Of a stretch of 64,000 bases of DNA, positions 14,345-25,114 are shown piece after piece. Position 1 is the stretch's first letter; each line of letters opens with the position of its first letter. Source of the stretch: Catajapyx aquilonaris (taxonomy: Eukaryota); NCBI GenBank assembly GCA_000934665.2, contig KZ538097.1:62001-126000 (forward strand). The letters are read 5' to 3'. The notes below the pieces were generated by a model, which worked only from the letters and a program-made list of their open reading frames with translations, was not told the origin of the DNA and made no database searches. The position numbers and the translations under genes were made by a program.

Positions 14345-14474
14345 ATGGGGGTGCACGCGGAGTTGGAGGAACATGAGAGTGGGTACTTCGAAGATGAGGA
14401 TGAGGACGAAGTGCACGACTACTATCCTCAGAGGCAGGAGGAAGGAGAGGAAACCGGTTCTAACCCTAGCAGAG
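14345..14474 (+). CDS. RPS6KA5: Probable first coding exon of the MSK-family kinase (acidic N-terminus MGVHAELEEHESGYFEDEDEDEVHDYYPQRQEEGEETGSNPSR)
   Basis: ATG in strong Kozak context (GCCATGG), 43 open codons, then a phase-1 donor GAG|GTACAG. Its G joins the TA of the next exon to give Val in frame. The same GTACAG donor is used at 47214. I recognise no homology for the peptide itself. Confidence 0.65.
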
Positions 14475-15197
14475 GTACAGTACTGTCCAATATTTTGCCG
14501 GGGTCGGGAATTTGCCATTTCGCTGCCCCATTTATTATCGAATTGATATATGAACCGGAGACGAGTGCCCGGATATGACCTATCACTTTGCCGTACAGTG
14601 GGAATAGTGGGTGGCAGGCGTTTACAGATAGACGTATTATGCTTGCACATTTTAGGGGTGAGTTGCTACTATGTGGAATATGAATTGCGGGCTGGCTATA
14701 TATTAGGTTTTGAATGCGGTGCAGCAAGTGGGGGGGGGGGGNGGGGAGGGGGGAGTAGTAGTTATATCAAGGAAACCGCTGGCTACTGCGTGTGTAACAG
14801 AAGGTGAAGATACTATTAAATTAATTGTCCATTGTTTCCCAGCAGGCTTAGCTCTTAGCAAAATCCTATTCAGTTTAGATATGAGACGTAAAAAAAATGG
14901 TTCTTGTCAAGGGTGAAACCTACGTGCAGAATAAAACAATAACGAAATAAATTATGTACGCGACGTGATTAGAATAACTTTCAGCCGCCGGTACAGTGTC
15001 ACAGAAATTTGGACAACCTGCTCTTATAAGTTTCCGGTCATCTGAAAAGCCAGGCTAAACGGGTTTTTAGCAAAGAAGAATCCTATTCAGTAAACGCTGG
15101 GACATTCAGCTTCATTTGGATGAAAGTGGATTTCCCCGAGATAACGAGTCGAGCTCCGGTTAGACAAAAAAAAAGATGTCGCATTATCAGGAAATTT

Positions 15198-15408
15198 AGG
15201 TTTGTAGAAATGGGTCACTCGTAGTGTGAGTCATTGTGTGTGGCACGCATATATGGGTGACCCGAATGTGGCGGATAAGGGTCACTTGCACGATGACACC
15301 CGCATATTGATTCCCATATGAGGTCACTGAGTGAGTAGTGTGTGTCTGTAGCGTGCTAGGCTGATCTTTAGCGAGTGTGCCAAGCAAATTGTATAGTTGC
15401 TCAAACCT
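15198..15408 (+). ncRNA. Putative structured intronic RNA element of unknown class
   Basis: Hand folding gives four helices enclosed by a 7-bp closing stem AGGTTTG/CAAACCT, with many G-U pairs that form only on the + strand. Confidence 0.3.
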
Positions 15409-18400
15409 CATGCAGGAAAATTAATGCGAAGACGAGTGGTAGGTACGGGTATTGAAATATTCATACCGATTCCGAACTCCAGAGTTTGTTTTTCGCTAAG
15501 TAAAAAAAAACAGCAATAATCACCTGGTCATTCACGACCTTCGGGAAATCCCGATTGTATGCTAGAAAAAAAATCCATTCATAATATCCTTCACATTGTA
15601 TTAATTAAAAAACATATGCATCCACGTGAATTTAATGTGCGTGTGTGGACGTCACACGCATGCGATGCACTTGTTACGCAACCATCTGGCTATACACATC
15701 AGAAAAAGAGTTTCAAGAAAAGTAAGCAGAGATTCCGTTATGATTTAAGCACCTGAAGCACGTATGCTCATCAGAGAAATCAGTCGAAAAACTGGTTCCA
15801 CTGAAAGTTCTGGCTATCAAGTCACCCCCCCCCCCCCCCTGGTCAGGTTTTCCTCAAGACATGTTGTGGCAACCAGCCCGCAACCCAACTTATCCGAATT
15901 AATTGTCATGTTCGAGTCAGTCAATTGTAATATCCATTAACGTGTGAATAATAGGGCGTGTAATTGCTTATTTTGCTGCTCGGAACTGCCCGCGGGAGTT
16001 GGGGGAATCAATACTGTGGGGAGCGCCTGGCAAATTGTTTCCACGATGATTTTCGACAATGCTGCCCCACTAGATGCGCAGGTTATTTGTAGGATGGTAA
16101 AGAATCTCTGTAACCCCCCTTATCTATAGATTCACCGCAGATGTACTATTTTGAGCCCAATTTGCGATCCAAGATATTTTCTTTCACTGATCTAATATTA
16201 GTTGACTAATGATGGATGTCCATGGGTCAGTTATCAGGATTGTGCGACTATTCAATCATGAAAATCCTGTAAGTGCGGCGACCTTCTGGCTTCGGCGCAG
16301 TACGTTACGAAACCCGTGGCTCCCATGCATGCTTAGGGCGAAAGGTAACCAACCTCGGTCTAGATGGGGGATAGAACTATTGAACTCCGGTCTCCTTGGG
16401 AAGGGCCGCCCTGGGTTCAGCACCTGGTTCGATATCCTCCGCCAACTATATTTTGTGTGGGTAGGTGAAAGGACCTTGAGAAGGTGAGGGTAAGGTCACT
16501 TGTGTATGGAAAAGTTGCGAAACAGGAGCGACCTTGGGTTACGAGCGACCTGTACGGGGGCAAAGACATTGCACGTGGACACTTTGATCTGTTGGGGGCC
16601 ACTGTACCGGTGCGGTTGTCATTTAGTTGGATGGGACAAGTGGGCACGCGTCACTGGCTGATAGCATGTATGGAAATTGAATTGCTTTTAACATGCATAA
16701 TAACATATTCTTCGGCCTAATTAATTTCTGGTGTAATTGTGCATGCTACTGGCGTCGTCAAATTAGGTTACTAAATGGCGGATGGTGAAGAGTCACGCAT
16801 GAATTATGTAGCCGGAATTCCTAGATCGATACTATTCTACGAACAGATTTTCTTGGGAGTAACCTGCTAGCCAACGTGGATAACTGTGTGTAAATGGCTG
16901 TGCACACCCTTTCTTGGTCAAAGCCCTTGGTCGTTCGCCTTTTCGCTAGAGTCCGTTGCGGAACGGTTTGTAATATCCGAAACCTGGGTCATTGACATGG
17001 GTGGCAGTGGCGTGAGGGAGAGTGCATCACCACGTGGATGGATGCACAAGAATCGGGATTTAAAGGTCAGTACTGGTACTGACAGGTCACTCCGGATGCT
17101 GCCCATACCGGATGACCAATACGGATCAGCCCCGTTGTATTCAGTTGGTCCTACCTGAATGTGGCTTAACGGTGTCTTGGCCATTCCTTCCGCCCTGGGG
17201 GCGGTCGAGAGGAACGTGCAGTCCTTTTGCCAAGATGGCGGACCGGCCTTCAAGCACGTTGCTGCTGGCCACACTAGTGGCCTTCCTATGCAAGGCCCCT
17301 CCGGGAAGTTAGGGATCATTATTATGCCGGATGCAGTAATGAAACTGAGGTGCAATTCAGCAAGGGGAGGAGGAATGTGGGTCAGTATGAAGGGGGGGAA
17401 TAAAAAGTGCGTGATCGAACCAGCTTTCTTGGTACACAAGTGTTAGGTATACACACTTGAAGGCCGTTCATGCAACACTAAACCGCCACTGGCTTACCTG
17501 AGGAACGCCGCTTCTACAAAGAATAGATAAATTTTGAAGGGGACATCCTGCGATGTCGTAAAACTGTTTTTATACAAGGACCATCCAGCGTGAGCCATAA
17601 CTTTGGAAAAGTGTATGCAAGCGTCATTACCGCTCGAGCCAAAATAAAGTTGGGCTCTAATGCAGTCGTTATGGTTCCCAAACACGTCGGACGGCCGATC
17701 CGGAGGACGTGACAGTAGTCCAGGAACCCCCCCCGAAAGCCAACTTTTAGTGTGCTCAATCTAGAGGAGGTTGGCCCAGGAAATGATCAGACTCCAGGAG
17801 GTAGGGGTTTTTTTTTCTAGTTCCTTTGAACAATAGGCGTCCGGAAGCTTCGGTATCAATAGGAATTGGTTACAGATGCTGGGAGGTTGCGGTAGATTTC
17901 AAATGTACCGGTCTCATCCTGAGGGTGAATAATTGCACTAGCAAATAAGCCGTTTTGTCCTCGTCTTGTCCCGCTTTCTAATATTTTTCTGAATCAGTGA
18001 AAGTGGCTATTAATACACCTAGGGTAATGTTTTCCACATTTAACTACTGTTGGTGTTCCGGAACAAAGTAGAGGGGCCTGTAAGTATGCAGAACATACCG
18101 CCTTTTCTTTACAATGCAGTTTAACTACGTCTTTGTAGTCGAAATGGAAGTCAGTAAGTTTGTAATTGGAGGAGAAGCCTTGCATTGCTAGGTCCAAATT
18201 CCTGTGTACCAGAGGAGCCCCATTTCCTCTTCTTCCTGAAGTTTCTCATTGCATCAGTGGAAAGGTGGAAGGGGGGGTAGACTTGGTGGTGGAAGGGACT
18301 GGAGAAATTGTAGGCAGGAAGAGCGAGGTACTTGGCATGTGGGAAATGCTCGGCTTAGCTAGGGGCCAAAACGAGGAAAGTGGGCGAATGGCGCCAACTG

Positions 18401-20148
18401 GAAACTTGGTGGGGTCCAAATACAGGCGGTTTTCGTCCGGGATTCCTGCGCACCGGGGGGGGGGGGNTTTATACTATGTGTACAGGGTGTGTCATCAACT
18501 CCCTTCGGCTAGTTTTTGTCTCATTTCTAGCTGTGGGCGGTGTTGGCAGAGAGTGACCTAATAGTGGTCAAAGCCCAGCCATGTACTACGTATGCCTTTT
18601 CTATTGGTTCTAGTCGGGAAATTAGCCTCCGGTTACCATGGGGACCAGTCCCATATAGGCAGTCAACATCAGAATTTTAATCTGCATGAGAGACGACTAG
18701 GGCGGTCTTTTTTACCCAGTCGAATCCCGAGAAGACATAGTGTTCCCGGTTATTTTGTCGTCAAACGGGACGCTGTTTTCGAAAGTGTTCACACAGCGCA
18801 CCTGATTGCCTTCATCCGTTGCATTTATAGGCCAGCATTGTTGAATGCTACTGGTTGGCTTACTACTTATTGCGAACGACAAACATGTCGCCATTTACCT
18901 GTTGACTTCTGGACAAATATGTTTTCTGTCATCATCCTGCATTCTGAAGAAACACCTTACATGAATAAATATTTATATGACACTCGTTGTTTGTCAAGGT
19001 CGATGCCTGGCAGCTAATCCAGTTTTCCAATAGCAGTTGGAGAAAACCGGTGACATTATTATTAGCCGGAGTGCCAAAGTAGAGATAGGGATGTGGGGAG
19101 GGGACGCGATGATTGAGAAGTGGCGGGGAACAATTCTCCTCCGACTTGATTTCCGGAAAGACGAATAGAGGTGGGGGAAGGATGGGGAGACTGTGCTGCC
19201 ACCCTCTTTCCCTTCAGGAGGGAGGGGGGGAGGGGGTTTCGAGAGGACTGATAAATTAATGAAGAGCACAGCCGTCGCTTGGGTGAAAGTGAACAGCGAA
19301 ACCTTTTCGCTTCAAGGAATTTCCATTTCGCCTTTCTTGCATTCCACCAATAGCTGATTGGTCTCGCCTCAGAGCTCGTTGAAGTTTGTGGCGCCGGCGC
19401 TTCAACCGGGATCTTCTTACTGTAGCGATATTTTTCATCTCATACCTGCTGCCGTTTTGGGGGGAGGAATTCGCACAGGTGTTTTTGCTCGAGAAATCTC
19501 GTTCTTGGATGTAACGTGCTTCACGTTTCGTTATGTAATGTTTGTACCACCTGCGTCATTTGCTGTTGAGTAATTAACAATAAAAAAGTGGGGGAGATCT
19601 TACTATTCGTTCAAGATATGAGTTTTGACACAATGAGAAGTGTGCTCCCCTAACAGCAGTTTCCTCATTTCGACCTTGCAAAAAAAATAAATATAAGGTT
19701 GCTCTTGTGACAATCGAGCTGGTTTCGACTCCTGGATTTATTGAACCATTGGCATTGAAACTGTAATGGTCGATTGTTCTCGAATAGAAGCCAACACATG
19801 CGGATCATACAGTGCCGCTTTTATTCCGCTGCTTGGATATGTGTGAAGCATCGTACATTTTTCAAGCCTCAAAAATGTCGTTTTTGAAAAGTACCTATGC
19901 AAACCCATCTCGCAGATTAGGTGTGATGAAATGGCCTCTCTTTTCTCCGCAGTCATGTTTATTTAGGTTTTGAAGGGACTCGGTGCCGGTTCGGCGGTTG
20001 AGGAATAATTGTATAAAATTAGTGCCCGCGGTAGTGCGCGTCGCTCTGGATGGTTAAAGAGCTATGACTTATGAATGGTAATAACCAAGACGAACCCTGT
20101 ACCTGCCCTGAAATTGAAAACTCACCTGTTTTGTTTCTTATTTTTCAG

Positions 20149-20217
20149 TAAATCTGACTGGAAAAGGTCGGGTGGACATGTCCAACTTCGAGCTACTGAA
20201 GGTCCTCGGCACAGGAG
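20149..20217 (+). CDS. RPS6KA5: MSK kinase exon: (V)NLTGKGRVDMSNFELLKVLGTG
   Basis: Polypyrimidine acceptor TTTTTCAG| and donor GAG|GTGAGT; 69 nt, phase 1/1. NLTG...NFELLKVLGTG is typical of the start of the MSK N-terminal kinase domain. Not in the ORF track. Confidence 0.96.
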
Positions 20218-23200
20218 GTGAGTACTGGAAATCCTCCATCTCCAACTATGTTGTTTACTTTAGGCTTAGCCGAAAACTGTCAGCCGCATACGCATGCCAG
20301 CGATGAAGTATTGCGTGGCAATTATGTGTTCAAACGTGCCTACAAGGTCAGCTCCTAGCAGATGGTCCCGATATGCACAAGTTTTCAAATTTCCAGGAAG
20401 AGTTCATGGCAGGATGTAATTTTCTGAGGCATACTGGCGGCGGGTTCGCGGCGGGCGGGCGGGGACCGGGCGGGCTGGGGAAGAGCTCCCTTGCACTATA
20501 AAATCTGGCTATAGGTCGAGGGGTAGGGCGGCTTCCATGAGAGTCATTAAAAAGTTTCAGCAGCTGTGGACACTGTTGGTAGATCAAGCTGGGTGGACTA
20601 TAAAAAAAGATGCCTAGCACTCAAGCCTGTTTACTAATCTGCGTGTACGCATTATTCATGCAGGTTTTATACACGTGGAAGTCTGACCAGGCGTATAGAA
20701 TCGATTTGTGGCTTACTTAGCTTCGTTTTAAGAGAGGAAGTGTAAGTGTGGTAATAGTAATGGCGTGTAGTGAGGATGGTGGGAATAGGTGAGAAGCAGC
20801 GTGGGACACTTCCCGGTAAGAGGGATGGGCTTGGCGGAAAGGCCTAATTCACAGGGACCACCGGTGGGGTCGTGGGATTCAAAGGTGTTGGGAGGGAGAT
20901 CGCTACCAACACCCATGCGGATGCATACTAATGTTTGCTGGGTAGGTGCACCAGCCTGAACGATAAATTCTCCTAATTTATTTTTGAGCGTTTACAAGAG
21001 CGTTCCTTCTGCTAGCTGGTGGGGGGCATTAATGTGTGCAACCCATAAATAAAAGTGGGGGCCTCCTAATCCGTAGGTCTAGTCATTTGTCACTGTCTGT
21101 GACCGCAGACTTGGGATTACCTGGAATGAGCGGTGGAATGACCGAGAAAATAACAAAAGAGAGAGTGAACAAGGGAAGCCAGAATAAACTTTCTCTATTC
21201 CGCGCGACTCACGAGCCATCTCTCTCTATGACTTCCACACACACACCATATCACTTTCTCAATGGTTTAACGTAACATTCATGTATCCATGTATCGTCAT
21301 GCGAGCTATACTCTGGGGAAACACCATGTTTCCGCTCATCCTCTCGCGTCTGTGGCTACTTATCCCACGTCATGATAACATAAAAACACCATCAGGTTCA
21401 TAGATCTGACTGATGACGTCTGCGTGTGTGTATGGACGTAGGTACCATGCAATATTTCGCAATTGAACGTGGGGGAGCGTGTGATCAACACACGTGCTGT
21501 GTATTAGCATCAAGTTCGACCACATAAATTGTCCCTTTTTTGGGGTTTGTCCCATGTGACATGCACGTATACCCCACTGATTTTATTTCGTGCTAGAGTG
21601 TCTGGCGAAGTCAATCCATGGCACCAAGGTCAGCCAATCATGAGCTGCACTGTAGATCGTATACTTTGCTACTTGTTATAAATATATCCGCGTGGAGTCA
21701 ATTCTTTATAGGCATATTGAAGCCTATGTATATCCTGCTTGGCGTAATCACGTCTTTTTTTCTGGTTTGAGGGGAAGTCTTATCACATAGTCAGATTTGT
21801 AAATACACTTGAATTCTACTTCAAGGCCGATTGACTTATGGTAATGCTCAGAGTAATAGTTTTTCGCATAATCCGAGATACATTACTGCCATAATTTAGG
21901 ATGACGAAAACATTCGTTATGCAGCCCTACTGAAAATTCAAAACATGATTATATAAGACGTCTTTGTGGCTCCCAGTTATGGAGTGTATGTTAAGCTGCA
22001 TCATATAGTGCGACTCACTGTAACTAGCTTTTCGGTCATAATTACAGTGACACGAGCAGCCGCCGTTTCCGACACTAATGGGCAAGTGGCATTTGATAGG
22101 CAATTCCATAGCGCCATGTCAGCAGGGGAGAGATGAGTTCTTTTTGACTCACCTGGTGCGTGTATCTCTGCATGAGAAATAATGTCACACTGACTCGATT
22201 GATGAATTCCTAACTCTGCGCACGCACTAGTTGTTGTGACCTCTCGCGTGCAGACACCTATTTGTGTTCCACCACCAGCTAAATATTTCCCAGGTTATAA
22301 TACCCACCGTATGTGTATATACAGGCGAGATTGGGCTTACCCCCAAACGAGTCCTGTGTTATGGTGGCCTTATTTTCCTTTTTAAAAAATTATTATTCGT
22401 CGGTTCTATGCGGGTGCTGTGGGGAGAAATGAAATTGCGTGCATGGGTGGTGGTCACAGAAAAGAAGGAAGTGTTCATATACACATGGGCCAGCTATGCC
22501 ACACACATCCAAGTGGGAGGAGGGTAGTCACATCGATCGCTTTTTCCAGCATGGAGTGTGTGGTAGTTTTAGAGAGGCTTGTAGGGGATATCAAGGGAGA
22601 GATTCAGAGATTTGCGGACCAACTTTGTTGGTATACCCGAAACAAACATGATAGACCCCCCCAAAAATCGTATTAGTGCAATTGAATGTCCGTACATTTC
22701 CGTCATATATATGACCCAGTAAAGCGTAATTTAACTAGCGAAAATTCCATGGCACAAGACGGATACGCTGACTTTCTCTTGGAACTGTATGCTACTTTTA
22801 GTCTGGCTAGTAAACAACAGAAACGAGGAGTTTTCCCCCCACTTCATTTTATCAGGGAAAAGCTGTTGACTGCGACCCACTGGCGCTTCCTAGTACACGT
22901 TGGAAGTCAGGCCATGTTATGGGCCCAGAGCATGAACCACCTATCACATTCCGAGGCCTGGTAATCCACGGTTTAAGGACGGCGACAGATTCAGGCGATA
23001 GGCTAGAAAGCAATCGTTTGACATGTCCAGCTTTGCCCTAGATTGGCTCACCCCGAGAGTTCTAAGTGTTTCCTTTTTCCATCCATTTGAACTGGACACG
23101 TTCTTTCCATCAACAAGTGGAGGTAGTCATCTCATAACGCATTTACTCTGTAGCAGGTCGCCAGACCGATTTGGCCTGGGGACTTTTTGGACACAAAAAA

Positions 23201-24905
23201 AGAGCAGTCGGGCATAGTGGTCGCCAGCTGGGGGCCATAACCAGACGCCCGGAGATTGGCCAGGAATGAGCTCTCTTTTCTACCCAACAAGCTCTCCGGA
23301 CTCTCATTACCTTATCTTGACAATAACCTGGGCCGTAATGAGATCAGCAGTCAGGGGAAGGAATTGGTCCTTCTACTACCGTTTCGCTGCCACTTGTAAC
23401 CCAAATGGGCTGGAAAAGGCCTGCCTTAGGCTGTTTAGGTTTTGTACTATACCCAACCCCGGAATCCTACATTCATATATCGACCGTACCCAGCCGCTAA
23501 AATAACACTCGGTCCAAGACTGAATGTAATCATATGATGTATGCCATTGCAGTACAATCCAAGGCCGAAAATGACACATAGCAAATGCCAGCCAGATGCA
23601 TTCCAAGCAGGCCCATCAACTTGCAAAGCCATGACAATATTATAGAGATGCGCATCCTGGTTCTCTCCCGGTTCGGAGCTTTCACCTGGCCAGGACCACC
23701 GGTACCTTTGGGTCTAGGTCAGGAAGTTTTATTTAGAAGGCTGCTTGCACGGAGGCAAATAGAAAATAGAGACCGTTCGTCAAGGCCAGGTCTGTGGGTC
23801 CGGGAGACATTTTCGAGGGTTGTCCTTGCTGGATTTATGGGTGTGAGATCTTGTGCCGTTACCTGAGAGCAGCTGACCAGATATTGTTCCGGAGGAATCG
23901 TGATGAGATGGACCGGTAGTATAAATAAACCTCTCCCGAGTGTTGTCGCAGAAGGTTGAAATTACCATCATTTCCGAGTTTCCTTGCGGAGGAAGAAAAT
24001 AATGAATGGGCGGCATCGTTTGCCTGCCGCCGGCCTTGATGCTGCCCTCTTGTTCTTCTTTCGTGTTCTTCCTCTTCCTTCCTTCTCCCCCAATCCCCAT
24101 AAATCCCAATGGCCCAGTCCTGAGGAGGCGGACGCTCCGACCTTGGATGCCATGCCGCTGCTTCGGAAGTGGCCTCACAATTGCCTGCCATCACGCTTCG
24201 TTTCAGTCAGGCCCCCATCCTTTTCCTCCTTTTGCCGACCCCAGAGGTGATCCAATTGGCAAAAGATTTTTTAACATTCCGATAATATACTGAATCGGGA
24301 AGCAACAGGATGAGAAAGGTGTAAAAAAAAATAACTCTTTTGTAGCAACTGGCTGTCAAGGGTTAGAATGAATGAGCGAGTGCAAGAGGCTTCCTGTGGC
24401 TGCTGTTCCATGGCTTCCTAAAGAGATTTACTAGGGCCTCTTGGCCCCCTTTACCCCTCCAGGCCACCTCCTCCTAGGGGGCGCCAAGATCAATATTTGT
24501 AACCGGGATTCCGGGATCTGCCCTCCCCTACTCATTCTCATACCCTCTCTCAACTTGAAGGATTTAAAAAAAAAAAATTAACGGCCAGTCAAAATTATAA
24601 TCGGACCCACCCTCCGTTCCTTTTGTGCTAAAATGAGGAACTTGACTAGCAGTAGAGTGCAGCCAATCAGTGTCCCCACTTGTAATGATAGCTTGGTTGG
24701 GAACATCCACCTCCCTCGCTTGGCCAGAAGTGAAGTGCTGACGTCCGGCAGAGTTAGCGGTGTCCACATGTCAGTCTGGTCCGAGGCTAAAATATCGCCT
24801 CCAATTTCCCAGGTCCGCTGACATCGTGCTCACCGGAGGTTGGAAAGCTCATAAACTGAGGGGTACCGTCATTACTCTTGCATTCACTCCAAAAAAAATA
24901 TATAT

Positions 24906-25114
24906 TTAAAAATGGAAAACTAATATGTGGGTCAATTATGCAAAAGCTGCTTAAAAATTGGAACTAATATTATTAACGGTCGGTTCTGGTTCTAACAAAG
25001 CTGCTTAAAATTGAGAAAACTAATATTTTGGGGGTTATACCAAAGCTGCTTAAAAATTTTGGCTTATGGGACCAACTAATATTTTTTGTGGGGTCGGTTC
25101 TACCAAAGCGGCTT
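24906..25114. repeat. Degenerate minisatellite, 4 units of ~45-60 bp
   Basis: AACTAATAT occurs 4 times, alternating with AAAGCTGCTTAAAA (3 times) and AAAGCGGCTT (once). Confidence 0.85.

Noticed and set aside
15300..15425. Loose resemblance to U17/snR30 (SNORA73) motifs: GCATATT...CAAACCTCATGCAGGAAA
   Set aside because: The m1 (AUAUUCCUA) and m2 (AAACCAU) motifs, as I recall them, are both interrupted, and there is no terminal ACA box. An Rfam scan would settle it.
24906..25114. CRISPR-like repeat-spacer array
   Set aside because: Eukaryotic intron, repeats only ~14 nt, spacers related to each other, no cas genes.
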